A stretch of DNA of 63,560 nt, the filler included, from Chiloscyllium plagiosum (taxonomy: Eukaryota), in NCBI RefSeq assembly GCF_004010195.1. It is 4 parts of one record of this genome, joined end to end, with 100 filler letters (N's around TTAATTAATTAA, not from the genome) between each part and the next. Parts side by side here need not be neighbours in the genome. Positions count along the whole stretch, not along the records: positions 19,306 to 39,626 come from NC_057717.1; positions 39,727 to 54,878 come from NC_057717.1; 2 more parts are not named here. The stretch is one strand, 5' to 3'. This document shows positions 38,879-52,002 of this stretch, piece after piece. Position numbers and translations under genes: made by a program. The notes beneath the pieces are model-generated. The model had not been told where the DNA came from, made no database searches, and was given only the letters and a program-made list of their open reading frames with translations. Positions within the stretch are counted from its first letter, which is position 1, and every line of letters starts with the position of its first letter.

Positions 38879-39473
38879 AACCCACAAGTTGTGAATCACA
38901 ATCTTAATAACAATAGAGAATCCTCTCTTGCTTTTTAGTGCACCACAGAGCTGTGCTAGACATCATGCGCGAGCAGCCAATGATACTGTTTTTGTGTCTT
39001 TCACCAAGCATCTGTTTATCCTCGCTTCCCTTTCCAGTGCGTGGTCCTTATCCATGTGCGGTCTGGCTTTGTAAGTGTTCAGCTAAATATTTCAGAAATG
39101 TTCTGATGACTCTCAGTTTTACCCCGCTTTCAGACAGTGAATTCCAGACAAACAACATTCTCAGAATCAAAACGTTCTTCCTGAATCGCCACTAAACCTC
39201 GTAACTCTTGTATTTAATTTACCTACCGAGTTATTAATCCTTTCCATAAGAAGATTATTCCTATCACACATATTCATATTCCTACTGTGCATGTTAATCA
39301 CTCAACCCTCTCTGGTATCAAGGAAACAGCCCCAGACTTTTCGTCCATCTTCATCGAGGGAATGGTCCAGTTCAGGAAACATCTTGGTCAATCTCATCTG
39401 AACACTCTCTCGTGCAATCACAAGCTTCCTGCAATCTGGCGATCAGAATGAACCAAGTTGCTCCAAAGCAAAA

Positions 39474-39626
39474 AGGCACGGTGGCACAGTGGTTAGCACT
39501 GCTGCCTCACAACGCCAGAGACCCGGGTTCAATTCCCGCCTCAGGCGACTGACTGTGGAGTTTGCACGTTCTCCCCGTGTCTGCGTGGGTTTCCTCCGGG
39601 TGCTCCGGTTTCCTCCCACAGTCCAA
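39474..39626 (+). mobile_element. young HE1-like SINE, 5' half (cut by linker)
   Basis: Consensus A/B boxes and V core. Confidence 0.85.
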
Positions 39627-39726
39627 NNNNNNNNNNNNNNNNNNNNNNNNNNNNNNNNNNNNNNNNNNNNTTAATTAATTAANNNNNNNNNNNNNNNNNN
39701 NNNNNNNNNNNNNNNNNNNNNNNNNN
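39627..39726. other. artificial contig linker N44-TTAATTAATTAA-N44
   Basis: Same as 19206-19305. Confidence 0.9.
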
Positions 39727-40264
39727 TCGATGGTCTCTCACTCTCCCTCTTTCCCATTCGGGACATACCCTGCTCCAGGGGCTTGCTTTAGGAGGGGCTG
39801 GTTTGGGGAGGGAATGGGAGTATTAAATGGTCAAACTGGATATTGATTTAAAACACTCCCCACACACACACACACAGACAGACAGAACCACACAGATACA
39901 GACTCCCTGCTCAGTGCACATGGTGAAAGAAACAGTGGCTGCCAGAACCTGTTTGAAATACCCCCATGTCTGTCACTCAAAGGCACCTTCTCCACCCAAG
40001 TCCCAGTTCATCCAATCTACATCCAGCTCCCTCTCCCTGCGCCAAACCTCCCCCAGAGATGGAGCAAAGCCAGATTCATTTTTGTGGGATAAGAGGGAGG
40101 GAGGTGTGAGTGAAAGCAGCATGTGACTAGTTTAGTCCAGACACCCTCTGTCTGCTCCTGCTTAGCATGTTACTGTCTTGAAATGACAGCTGTATATATT
40201 GTCTTCCCGATCAAATTCCTTTTGTCTTTGGGTTTTCTGATTGATCAATGTGAAAGTCATAACT

Positions 40265-40336
40265 TGCCATTGCCGGGAATCAAACCCAGGTCACTTGTTT
40301 GGAAAGCAGCTGTACTCACCACGATAGCACCATTAC
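40265..40336 (-). pseudogene. tRNA-Gly(TCC) pseudogene
   Basis: Minus strand GTAATGGTGCTATCGTGGTGAGTACAGCTGCTTTCCAAACAAGTGACCTGGGTTTGATTCCCGGCAATGGCA aligns ungapped (72 nt) to vertebrate tRNA-Gly-TCC as I recall it; acceptor stem and T loop mutated. Confidence 0.75.
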
Positions 40337-41154
40337 TGTCCACTTTCACTTAACATAATCCCCAAACACATTTTATAAAGACCTTTATTTTGACAAATTA
40401 AACAGATCTGATGTTGACCCACCAAAGGTGATTTTAGGTCAAGTGACAATAACTGGTAGAAAGAGGCAGATTTGTAGGAGCATCTTAAATTGGAGGGGGA
40501 GCTGGGTCTTTGGAAGGTGCAGAGAGAGTGTCCAGGAGTCCCTCTGGTTGGGCTTGGATTCCCCACTAACCCATTAGCTGGTTAATGGAAAGGAAGAAAT
40601 AAAGAAACGGAATGATACTGGAAAATTGAATGGAAATGAATTACTTTTGAAAACAAATTTGCAATCACAAGACAAATAACTTGATTTACTCTTTACAACA
40701 CTCTTCCTTTTTTCTTCCCTTTTGTCGAGGTTTGTGGATCAGTGAATTCAGTGAGGAAGAGTAGAAAGGAATCTGTCGCTGCGTTTCCCACTCTGGGCCT
40801 ATAGTGAACGATGATCCTTTCCTCCAACTCATTTATTTATGTGTCACCCACTGAGAACTGATTGCTTGGGATGAAAGTACCTTTCTTGTCTAATTCCTCT
40901 TTTGGTTTTGCTTTTGTTGTCCAGCTTTCTACTAACTGTTATTCCTTGCTGACAGCACTTTACACTGGCTTTGTTCCTCCAGTCTCTTTTGTTTTGTCCC
41001 TCAGATGGAGTCATTCCTTGCCCATTAGAAATTAGTGTTGTCACATTGGCATTCCTGCTCCTCCTTAAGACCATGCCTCACTTGGATTCGTCGTTCTATT
41101 ATCTGCTGTGTCTAATGTTGTCTCTCAGTTACTTGGATTTGTTCACCAATTGAA

Positions 41155-42014
41155 TTATTTTTTTATAACTGGATATTTCACGGCACATTTTAAGTGGTCC
41201 CTGAATTTTTTCTGCGTCACCACATAAATAATTGCATTTGTGCAGCAACTTAGGTTACGCAGCATATATGTGACTTCTTTAAAGAGACGATAATCATAGT
41301 AGTCCAAGGAATCACCAGCTTGAAAGAACTTTAGAACATATAGAAACCAAAGAAGCATGAAACTAGTGGTAATGGCAAAGAGTAAAGTCACAGAATTCTT
41401 TCTGCTCTCTATCTCTGGGTCATTCTCTATATTTCCCTGGGCCCGCAGTCCCTTTCGCGTCTTCACTGCCTCAAAGATGTGTCTGGCAGTCAGAATGTTG
41501 AGAAAGAGAATAAAAGTGAATGGTAACATTGGTGTTAAAAAATGTTCAAAGTATTTAAAACTTTCCCACCGGTCGTGATAATAGCTGGACCTCGTTTCAC
41601 AGTATCATGGAATATTGTTGCTGATCTTTCCAGGTATATATCGAAAATAGTTGGGAATGTTCTTCAAAGAAAAAAAAATGCAGATTGTTGCTACAACCCG
41701 CTTTGCAGTTTTCTCTGTACAATACTTAGTTTTCATCTGATGAAAACAAATGGCAACAAATCTGTCAAAAGAAAAAGCAACAGTGAACCAGACAGAACAA
41801 TCAATGGTCAATTGGATGAGGACAAAGTTAACACTACAAACAGGAGTGATGTCCAGGAAACACCGTGGATAATAATAATATGAAAATCGGTCAAATACGA
41901 TGTCAAAAACAATGAACAGCAGATCAGATGTTGCCATGGCCACCCGATAGTGCGTGGTGCATGTAGAAAGACCACACTTCCGCCGAGATAATATTACAAT
42001 CACCATGAGACTAA
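41155..42014 (-). pseudogene. class A GPCR, GPR139/GPR142-like, exon 2 (end of TM1 to C-terminus), one nonsense codon
   Basis: Acceptor tctctctctcttacag before 42014; VIVILSRRKCGLS, AMATSDLL, DCSVWFTVAFSFDRFVAIC, TPMLPF, LSCCTNAIIY; ORFs 41605-42189 and 41155-41529 share a frame, separated by TGA at 41605-41607; exon 1 not found. Confidence 0.85.
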
Positions 42015-42537
42015 CTGTAAGAGAGAGAGAAATAAGTAATAAACATAATTGAAGTGACTGAGCATACATTCTGTGATGCCTGAGCCCAGACATAAATAAT
42101 GGCACAAAGATAATTGTTGCTCCATGTCCTATGAAGTTTAAAGAATCTGAACCACAGCAGTAATCTCTTTCTAAATGAATCACTTGCACTTTTAAAAGAC
42201 AAAGGGAAGAACATGAACAGCAGATTGCTCACAGAAACACAATCCTGTACTGTATGTTTTCTTTTGGGTTGGTTGCGGTTGACTTCACCTGATTTATCGG
42301 TTACTCAGACTGACTGGAGTTTGCCTGAGACCACAATATCCACACAATGAGACCTCGAATCAGTAAAACAAAAAATGGGAAATATCTAACATAGACATTG
42401 ATTGAAAAATTACAGTATTTTGTTTTAGAGTCTCCACAGCTCATATTATCCCCAGAGTTGTACCTCCACACTATGAACGACAGTACAAGGTACTGAATCA
42501 CTCCACCATGTCCAGGAATGAACGTTGTCTATAATGT

Positions 42538-43631
42538 TCTGGATTAGATTGGTGCTGGAAAAGAGCAGCAGTTCAGACAGAATTCAAGGAGCAGGAAAAT
42601 CAACGCTTCGGGCAAAAGCCCCTCATCAGGAATACAGGCAGAGTGCCTGAAAGGTGGAGAGATAAATGAGAGGAGGGTGGGGGTGGGGAGGAAGTAGCAT
42701 AGAGTACATTAGGTGAATGGGGGTGGGGATGAAGGGGATAGGTCAGAGGGGAGGGTGGAGTGGATAGGTGGGAAGGAAGATAGGCAGGTAGGACAGGTCA
42801 NNNNNNNNNNNNNNNNNNNNNNNNNNNNNNNNNNNNNNNNNNNNNNNNNNNNNNNNNNNNNNNNNNNNNNNNNNNNNNNNNNNNNNNNNNNNNNNNNNNN
42901 NNNNNNNNNNNNNNNNNNNNNNNNNNNNNNNNNNNNNNNNNNNNNNNNNNNNNNNNNNNNNNNNNNNNNNNNNNNNNNNNNNNNNNNNNNNNNNNNNNNN
43001 NNNNNNNNNNNNNNNNNNNNNNNNNNNNNNNNNNNNNNNNNNNNNNNNNNNNNNNNNNNNNNNNNNNNNNNNNNNNNNNNNNNNNNNNNNNNNNNNNNNN
43101 NNNNNNNNNNNNNNNNNNNNNNNNNNNNNNNNNNNNNNNNNNNNNNNNNNNNNNNNNNNNNNNNNNNNNNNNNNNNNNNNNNNNNNNNNNNNNNNNNNNN
43201 NNNNNNNNNNNNNNNNNNNNNNNNNNNNNNNNNNNNNNNNNNNNNNNNNNNNNNNNNNNNNNNNNNNNNNNNNNNNNNNNNNNNNNNNNNNNNNNNNNNN
43301 NNNNNNNNNNNNNNNNNNNNNNNNNNNNNNNNNNNNNNNNNNNNNNNNNNNNNNNNNNNNNNNNNNNNNNNNNNCAATCCTCCTCCCTAACCTATCACCT
43401 TCATCCCCACCCCCATTCACCTATTGAACTCTATGCTACTTTCTTCTCACCCCCACCCTCCTCTCATTTTTCTTTCCACCCTTCAGGCACTCTGCCTGTA
43501 TTCCTGATGAAGGGCTTTTAATGGAAGCGTCGATTTTCCTGCTCTTGGATGCTGTCTGAACTGCTATGCTTTTCCAGCACCACTTTAATCCAGAATCTGG
43601 TTTCCAGCATCTGAGTGATTGTTTTTAACTA
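42538..43631. mobile_element. Penelope insertion with inverted pLTRs around a 574-N gap
   Basis: 42538-42800 is the reverse complement of 43375-43600; CTGATGA cores at 42623-42629 (minus) and 43504-43510 (plus); TSD gttgtct(at/gc)aatgt at 42524-42537 and 43632-43645. Confidence 0.8.
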
Positions 43632-44079
43632 GTTGTCTGCAATGTGGAGGATCAAATGATCAGACACTGAGTCCCTCCCTCATGATCAGGATTGAACATC
43701 CTGACAATCTGTACCATGGAAGTACTCAGCAGTGAATCCAACCATCATGTCCCAAGCTGCATACCCATAGAAATCTGAAGCACTGCAACATTTGACATGG
43801 ACTCTCCCACATGTCCAACATCGTACACCACAGCCCACACCCACACAAAACCTGGATCCATGCTGCATTGTTCATTGCGACTTTCTTGTTCTGGAATCAT
43901 ACATTTTATCCGGGATTAAGTGAAGCTTCCTGGATGATGTCCAGTCTCATGCTCGCAAACTCCTTTCCTTGTGAATAGAGATTCCCCTCCCAGATTCAGT
44001 TAACATAGTAGGGCTAGGAAATCCCCATCACCTAATCAGCATTCTCCATGGTAATCGTCAGAGATTTTTCCGTAATAGG

Positions 44080-44385
44080 ATCATAGAAACCGTACTGTGT
44101 GGAAAGAGGTTATTCAGCCCATCGAATCTGCAGCAACCCTCTGAAGAGCATCCTTCCCAAACCCACCCAACCATGTCTAACGCACCAAACCTGATATTCT
44201 AGACACTATGGGGCAATTTAGCTTAGCCAACCCATCTAATGTGCACACCTTTGGATTGTGGGAGGAAACCCATGCAGACACAGGGAGAAAGTGCCAGCTC
44301 AACACAGACAGTTATTCAAGAATCTAACCCATTTCCATGGCATTATGAAACCGCAATGCTAACCACGGTGCCAGCGTGCCATCCT
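44080..44385 (-). mobile_element. old HE1-like SINE
   Basis: Degenerate V core and tail. Confidence 0.7.
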
Positions 44386-44689
44386 TACATCTCTGTGGAT
44401 TCACACCATTACTAAAGATGTTGGAGGACAATGCCCTGATGGGATTATCACGAGACTGTTAATTCATAGACTTAGGGAATGATCTGGGGAGCTGTATTCA
44501 ACATTACCCATGGCAAATGGTGGAATTTCAATGAGTCTAATATGACGATGAAACAGTTGACAGTTGTCAGGAAGAAAAGCCATCTCATTCACTAATGTCC
44601 TTCAGGGAAGGCAATCTGTCATCCTGACCTCATCTACCCTACATGTGACTCCAGACCCATGACAACCTGATTAACTGTTCTCTGGGCAA

Positions 44690-45035
44690 TTATAAGACCA
44701 TAAGACATAGGAGCGGAAGTAAGGCCATTCGGCCCATCGAGTCCACTCCGCCATTCAATCATGGCTGATGAGCATTTCAACTCCACTTACCCGCATTCTC
44801 CCCGTAGCCCTTAATTCCTTGTGACATCAAGAATTTATCAATTTCTGCCTTGAAGACATTTAGCGTCCCAGCCTCCACTGCACTCTGCGGCAATGAATTC
44901 CACAGGCCCACCACTCTCTGGCTGAAGAAATGTCTCCACATTTCTGTGCTGAATTTACCCCCTCTAATTCTAAGGCCGTCTCCACGGGTCCTAGTCTCCT
45001 TGCCTAACGGAAACAATTTCCTAGCGTCCACCCTC
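44690..45035 (-). mobile_element. young CR1-type LINE 3' end
   Basis: LFPLGKETRTRG...FFSQRVVGLWNSLP; ataagac repeat tail. Confidence 0.85.
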
Positions 45036-47789
45036 AGTTAAATCAGTTACATACAGTTAAATCAGTGGTTGTACATGACTAATCATCTGATACTAAATTA
45101 CTATGCAAGAAACTGACATTCTGTTACAGTTCTCTAAGTTTAATTAAGTGTGGTAATAGAGTGCTTCAAAAATGTCAATTAATATAGAATATTTGTGTAG
45201 GTTCCTGGCAATTTCGATCCACTTGCAATTTATGAAGAGATCAAGGTCTGTATTTTGAAGTTTGAAATTTTAATCTTTTTATTCTCTTCACATTATTTCT
45301 CTCATGACTTAAATTAAACTGGATGATACACTGCTACACTCAATTGGAGTGTTTCTATCCTGTTATGTGAAGTTATTTCTGAATTTAATTCTTGAAGTAA
45401 CACCTGAGTTTGTCGCAGATTAGATTGGCCTTTTAAATGTGTTATAGCTGAAAAGAAATCTGATTTGGTGCATGAGAGTTTAAGTTGAGCTGTTTGAAGG
45501 CACTCTACTTCCTCTATCAGATGATTGCCATTGCTGTGTAACAATTTATGATGGACAAGAAATATGCACCAGATGTGCTGTTTTATGTTAGATGTCTAAC
45601 AGTCTTGTTAAGTTGGCTCTACATAGAGGTCTTGATCATGCAAACAAAAGCACTCTTCTGTAATTACTAAAATCAATTTTTATTTATTATATTCTGGTAC
45701 TTTTACTGTTTGTAGTCAAATTTTGTTGCTTTTAATTTATGCAAACTGGAAATGAATGGCATTTAAATTTTCCACATACAAACTGCTGCACTTTTTTTAT
45801 GTTCTAAACTGCTGAGGGAGTAGTGGGGCCAGGCAATTGGACCAAATTTGAAGGTTTGGTTAGAGAAGAAAGATACAACTGTGGGGGGAATGGTTAGTTA
45901 GGTGGGAGGAAGTTAGAACATTGGTAAAAGTTTGTTGGGTAGGTACGTGGAATATGGAAAGAGGCTTATTGGCATTAGGGCAGAAAAAGTTCTTTGGGGA
46001 TCTCAAACGAGTTTGAGGCTTAAAAGGAGCAGCTACACTGTTGTAACAAATGACAGAAGGCCTTAGGACATAGAAGGGGAGCTGTAGAGGAGAATGGAGA
46101 GAACATTTGGGCGAATAATTTGTGTAGAGGTACAGGGAATGGATGAAGAAGAGGAAGATTAGTTTGGTGAAATAAAAATTATTGAAAAGATTAATTTAAG
46201 TTGACTATAGAATTAGTGAGGACGGCATTACTAAAATATTAGAATTGGCAGAAGCAGTAAATCTAATTAAATAAATTAGACTGAAAGCTGAGAGAAAAAT
46301 TTGACTAATGGATTAAAAGAACCTTTTCATATCTATCAATATTAAAAATCAACACTTTACTTAGTCAAATTTGGACCGTTCTCTTTGGAGTAAAGACAGT
46401 CGAAAGGAGATTTTAATAGCACTATAAAGGCTGAGTAGATTTCACTGGCGAGTAACAAAGGCCGACAGACTCGGTAAAGATAGTTGCATAACGAGCTTTA
46501 CATTTTTACGTTACATGACCCAGTTGTGGAAGCTGTATTTATTGATGTCAATGCTATTTATCCTTCAGTGGAAAATATGGAAACACTTTTGAAACCCTAT
46601 AAAATAGATCCAGGTTGTTTTGTTTGGGCACATTCAAAATATGCATTGTGTGGAGATGCAGTGAATTAGTACAATGGACGCTTGGGAATATTAGCTCTGT
46701 TACAAGTAAAAGTAGCAGTATATCTTTGTTCTGCAATCCTAATGTAAAAACATCACAAAGTTTAGATCATATTTGCAAATTGGTTAGAGATGGGGCCAGA
46801 TATATTAGTCTACCTTCTAAAGCTCAATGATATATACAATCAAAAGATGCAATTAAAAGAAAATTTAAAAAAATACTACTGTCATCCAAAGTTTTGTTCA
46901 TGCTCAATCACCCTTAAGTGTTTAAAAAGGTTCTGTGTTTTGGGGTATAATGTATTTTGCTAAAGTATGGTCAAATTTCTGTTTAAACTAATTATCCTAC
47001 ATTCTTAAAATCATTTTGATTCTGATCTGTAGCAGTTTGGATCAATTAGAGGTCACAGTGCAGTTTGACTCTAATTAATAAACTAATTTTTAATGCCTTT
47101 GTATAAGACACATGATGGGTGTTCTTTAATTTTAGGAGCCATATGGAATCAGGCGTCATGCAGTATTTATCACATGAATAAAAACTGATGTAATTCAATC
47201 AGACTGCATTTGTAGAGGGAGAAGAGTAGGGTTAACATTACAGTTCTTATGATTATTAGAGAGTTGTCAGTGCTACTGAAAAGAAGTCCCGAGAATGAAT
47301 TCAGCATGTGGTGAGATTAAATGTCAAAGCAGTTGAAGATGTGGTGAGAGTAACTGGTTTGACTGAGTACCACCAAGTTATCTGATCATGAATGGATCTG
47401 AAACAGGGAACATGAGTTAAAATATATGGAATTAGTTGCTGACAGGTCCAGTGATTATGAAAATGACCTCTGAACATTTTAATCAAAGGCAAATGCAAAA
47501 CTGATTGGAATGGAGGTGAAAAGATAAGAAACAAATAATGTTGGAGAGCAGACTATCATCAAGATGGTGGGCAGTCCTAGCAGAGAAGTGGTAGTGACAA
47601 GCAAACAAACTAGTTGCTTCATTGCATATTACTCCAGCATGAATGTTGGCTAGATTACCTGGAAAATACTTTTTAAAACAAAAAGCCAGTCATTCATCTG
47701 AACCATGGGAAAGGCCTCTCTTAATATCTCATCCAAAAGATATCTCACCTGAAAATATAATTGCAACCTAGCTCAGTGTTTTAACACTG

Positions 47790-48078
47790 TCCGAACCCTC
47801 CAACTTGTTACTGCCCCCTTGAACCGTCCTGCCTGTCCATCTTCCATCCCAACTATCTGCTCCACCCTCCTCTCCGACCCATCACTTTCACCCCCTTCAT
47901 CTACTTATCGCTTTCCTAGCTATGTTTCCCCCAGCCCCACACCCTCCCATTTATCTCTCGTCCCCCTTGGGCCACAAGCCCCATTATTGATTAAGGGCTT
48001 ATGCCCGAAACATTGATTCTCCTGCTCCTCGTTTGCTGCCTGATCTGCTGTGCTTTTCCAGCACCACACACTCAACAC
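47790..48078 (+). mobile_element. Penelope pLTR (decayed hammerhead at about 47985-48020)
   Basis: C-rich tract then ttgattaagggcttatgcccgaaacattgattctcc. Confidence 0.75.
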
Positions 48079-48279
48079 TGCCCCAGTCCAGTGCACAGTA
48101 AGTCAAGGATTTATTGTATTTATCGTGCAGAGCACTGGATCACACAGCACTCGAGATCAGTGAGGAGTACCCTTTGGGGAATTAAAAACAGAACTTCAAG
48201 TGAAGAACAAAAAAAATCTCCAAAAAGCAGCGAATGACGGAATGCTCATGCTACAAAACACTCTGCCTTCTCAAAAAAT

Positions 48280-48475
48280 ACTGAAAGAACTGCGGATGCT
48301 GGAAATCAGAAACAGAACTGGAAATTTCTGGAAAATGTCAGCAGGCCTGGTGACATCTGTGGAGAGAAATCACAGTAAACCCCTTTTTTGGATCTGAAAC
48401 ATTAACTCTGATTTCTCTCCACAGATGCTGCCAGATCTGCTGACCTTTCCCAGCAGTATCTGTTTCGTTGTTGAC
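48280..48475. mobile_element. fold-back pLTR mini-element of the second family
   Basis: catctgtggagagaaatca and tgatttctctccacagatg form inverted arms. Confidence 0.6.
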
Positions 48476-48749
48476 TCAGTTTTCTGTATTGCATTAACCT
48501 CTGGCACTACGGCAGTCATGTTCTCTCATTCTTATCTTATCGGCTAGCATATGAAATTCATTTGATATTTTTCTACCCAACGTTCCAACATTAACATTTT
48601 CCCCCAGGTGAACTATTGTGAAATTGAAGAAACAGGACATTATTGCATCAAATATTTTGATCCACTGTGTCACTTCCCTGATGTAAAACACGCTGTGACA
48701 TCTAGACTACACCTCCTCCCACCCCACCTCATATAAAAATGTCAGCCCT

Positions 48750-49530
48750 TGTTCTCAAATCCTCTGACTCCACCACATCTGTTCCCAGGATGATCAATTT
48801 CACCTCAGAAAGTCCCAGATGGCCTCCTTCTTCCACGATCGTAACTTCCCTTTCCAGCGCATCTCCTCCACTTCACGCAACACTGCCTTTGAACCCCACC
48901 CTTCCCAACGCAACAAGACCAGAACCCTCTGGTCCTCAACTTCCACCCCACCAACCTCCGCATACAACGCATCATCCTCTGCATTTCCGCCATATCCAAA
49001 CAGACCCCATAACCAGAGATATATTCACTACCCATCACTATCAGTGTTCCAAAAAGACCGTTCTCTCAGCGACTGCCTCATCAGGTCCACACTCCCCACC
49101 AGCTCACACCACACTCCTGGCACCTTTCCCTGCCACTGTAGGAAGTACAAAAACTGTGCCCACACCACTCCCCTCACTTCCATCAACTGTCCTAAGGGAT
49201 CCTTCCATATCTGCCAGAAGTTTACTTGCACCTATACCAATGTCATCGACTCACTCCGTTGCACCCGGTGTGGTCTCCTTTCCATTGGGGAGACAGGACG
49301 CCTTCTTGCAGATCATTTCAGAGAACATTTATGAGACACGTGCACCCCACCAACCTCCAAATACAGATTTCTCAGCCAACTTTCCCCAAACTCCATGCCC
49401 CCCATTTATCTCTCAGCCCTGCCCCACAAGCCTCATTTCTGTTGAATGGCATATCCCCGAAATGTCGATTCTCCTGCTACTCAGATACTGCCTGACCTGC
49501 TGTGCTTTTTGAGCACTACACTGTCGACTG
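48750..49530 (+). mobile_element. Penelope-like element: C-terminal ORF with GIY-YIG endonuclease, plus pLTR
   Basis: PGTFPC..FTCTYTNVIDSLRCTRCGLLSIGETGRLLADHFREHL (decayed VIY...YIGET), then pLTR at about 49380-49530. Confidence 0.85.
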
Positions 49531-49639
49531 TGCCAGCTATGCCCCAGCCAGCAGTATTGATGCAGAAGCCCTGACATTTACAATGTGCTGTGGGAGTGAA
49601 CATCTCAGTGTTATCGTTACTGTAAACATTTATGAACAT

Positions 49640-50668
49640 CTAGGTGGTGGAGGATTGTTTTTCATACTGTGACCAGTGGAGTGCCATAAGGATCAGTGGT
49701 GTATCCATTACTTTTCATCGTTTAAATAAATGATTTGGAGGCGAGCTTAAGAGATACAGTTAGTAAGTTTGCAGATGACACCAAAATTGGAGGTGTCGTG
49801 GATAGCGAAAAAGGTTACCTCAGATTACAACAGGATCTTGACCAGATGGGCTAATGGACTGAGAAGTGGCAGATGGAGTTTAATTCAGATAAATGCTGCA
49901 TTTAGGAAAGCAAATCTTAGCAGGAATTATACACGTAATGGTAAGGTCCTAGGGAGTGTTGCTGAGCAAAGTGACCTTGGAGTGCAGGTTCATAGCTCCT
50001 TGAAAGTGGAGTCTCAGGTGGATAGGATAGTGGGGAAGGCGTTTGGTGTGCTTTCCTTTATTGGTCAGAGTGTTGAGTAAAGGAGTTGGGGGGTCATGTT
50101 GCGGCTGTGCAGGATATTGGTTAGGCCACGGTTGGACTGTTGCGTGCAATTTCCTATCAGAAGATGTTGTGAAATGTGAAGGGGTTCAGAGATGATTTGC
50201 AGGGATGTTGCCGGGGTTGGAGGATTTTAGCTTTCGGGAGAGGCTGAACAGGCTGGGGCTGTTTTCCCTGGAGCGTCGGAGGCTGTGGGGTGACCTTATA
50301 GAGGTTTACAACATTATGAGGGGCATGGATAGGATAAATAGGCAAAGTCTTTTCCCTGGGGTGGGGGAGTCCAGAACTAGAGGGCATAGGTTTAGGGTGA
50401 GAGGGGAAAGATAAAACTGACCTAAGGGGAAACTTTTTCACACAAAGGGTGGTACATGTATGGAATGAGCTGCCAGAGGATGAGGCTGGTACAATTACTA
50501 CATTTAAGAGGCATTTGGATGGCTATATGAAGAGGAAGGGTTTGGAGGGATATGGGCCAGGTGCTGGCTGGTGGGACTAGATTGGGTTGGGATATCTGGT
50601 CGGCATGGACAGGTTGGACCGAATGGTCTGTTTCCATGCTGTACACCTCTATGACTCTATGACTCTAA
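49640..50668 (+). mobile_element. CR1/HER1 LINE RT to 3' tail
   Basis: FADDTKIGG, LFSLERRRL, (ctatgact)n tail. Confidence 0.9.
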
Positions 50669-51308
50669 GTGCGAGTTGGCAATAACAAGTCCCTTCAATA
50701 CTAACTCACTCCCACCCTCAACTCAATTTGCATTCCTCGATAGCCACAAAACATTCTGGGTTTACTTAGCACCTAAATGTGACCTCCAATAAACCACCCC
50801 ACCTTGTAAACCACAATCACTGTTTGGACAGACATCCCATGTGACAATTCGTGCAATGATGTCCCATTCTATTGGGCAAAGAACGTCATGCAAACCAGGG
50901 TCTACAGGCAGTACAACGCACATGTCTTTTTGACAATGAAAGGATTTAACAACACACATCACAATTCATATTCTCTTACCAGTGTGCTACTGATGGACAT
51001 GAATCAACTGGTGACCCAGATATATTATCCAACTCAACAAGTCCCTGAGTCCTGAACATCAGATCAACTGAAAATCCCAACAGAAGGGCTACCTGTCAGT
51101 CCATATGGACGGATGTTCTTGATCCCGATTGGACCCTCAGAGCAGCACAACAATATAAAATATCCTAAATTACACATCAGTCACCCCAAACCAACTTTTC
51201 TTTCATCAGTGAAAAATCCTGGTGAACCACCCAGTCACCACCGTTCTGAGCTCAGTGGACCAGGTAGAAGAACAGAGATTTCACAAAGTTGACGGGGCAC
51301 TGCACTCC

Positions 51309-51808
51309 NNNNNNNNNNNNNNNNNNNNNNNNNNNNNNNNNNNNNNNNNNNNNNNNNNNNNNNNNNNNNNNNNNNNNNNNNNNNNNNNNNNNNNNNNNNN
51401 NNNNNNNNNNNNNNNNNNNNNNNNNNNNNNNNNNNNNNNNNNNNNNNNNNNNNNNNNNNNNNNNNNNNNNNNNNNNNNNNNNNNNNNNNNNNNNNNNNNN
51501 NNNNNNNNNNNNNNNNNNNNNNNNNNNNNNNNNNNNNNNNNNNNNNNNNNNNNNNNNNNNNNNNNNNNNNNNNNNNNNNNNNNNNNNNNNNNNNNNNNNN
51601 NNNNNNNNNNNNNNNNNNNNNNNNNNNNNNNNNNNNNNNNNNNNNNNNNNNNNNNNNNNNNNNNNNNNNNNNNNNNNNNNNNNNNNNNNNNNNNNNNNNN
51701 NNNNNNNNNNNNNNNNNNNNNNNNNNNNNNNNNNNNNNNNNNNNNNNNNNNNNNNNNNNNNNNNNNNNNNNNNNNNNNNNNNNNNNNNNNNNNNNNNNNN
51801 NNNNNNNN
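51309..51808. other. assembly gap (500 N)
   Basis: N run. Confidence 1.
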
Positions 51809-52002
51809 CTCCTTGTTCTTATTCAACTCTTCGACAGGAATGGGAGAGGACTGGGTATCATACAGGAGCAGGCACTCAGGATAGAGACAACGTAACCAGT
51901 AAGGTCACACAGTGCTGGGTTCTCAACTATTTACAATCTATATTAATGATCAGGAGGATGGAACAGATATACAGATGCTGAGTTTGGTGATGTCGCTGTG
52001 TT

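Noticed and set aside
41605..41607. TGA as selenocysteine or programmed readthrough
   Set aside because: No SECIS recognised; a TGG-to-TGA change is the simpler explanation
42015..42189. N-terminal extension of ORF 41605-42189 as the GPCR start
   Set aside because: It lies upstream of a strong splice acceptor and has no receptor-like sequence; probably intron
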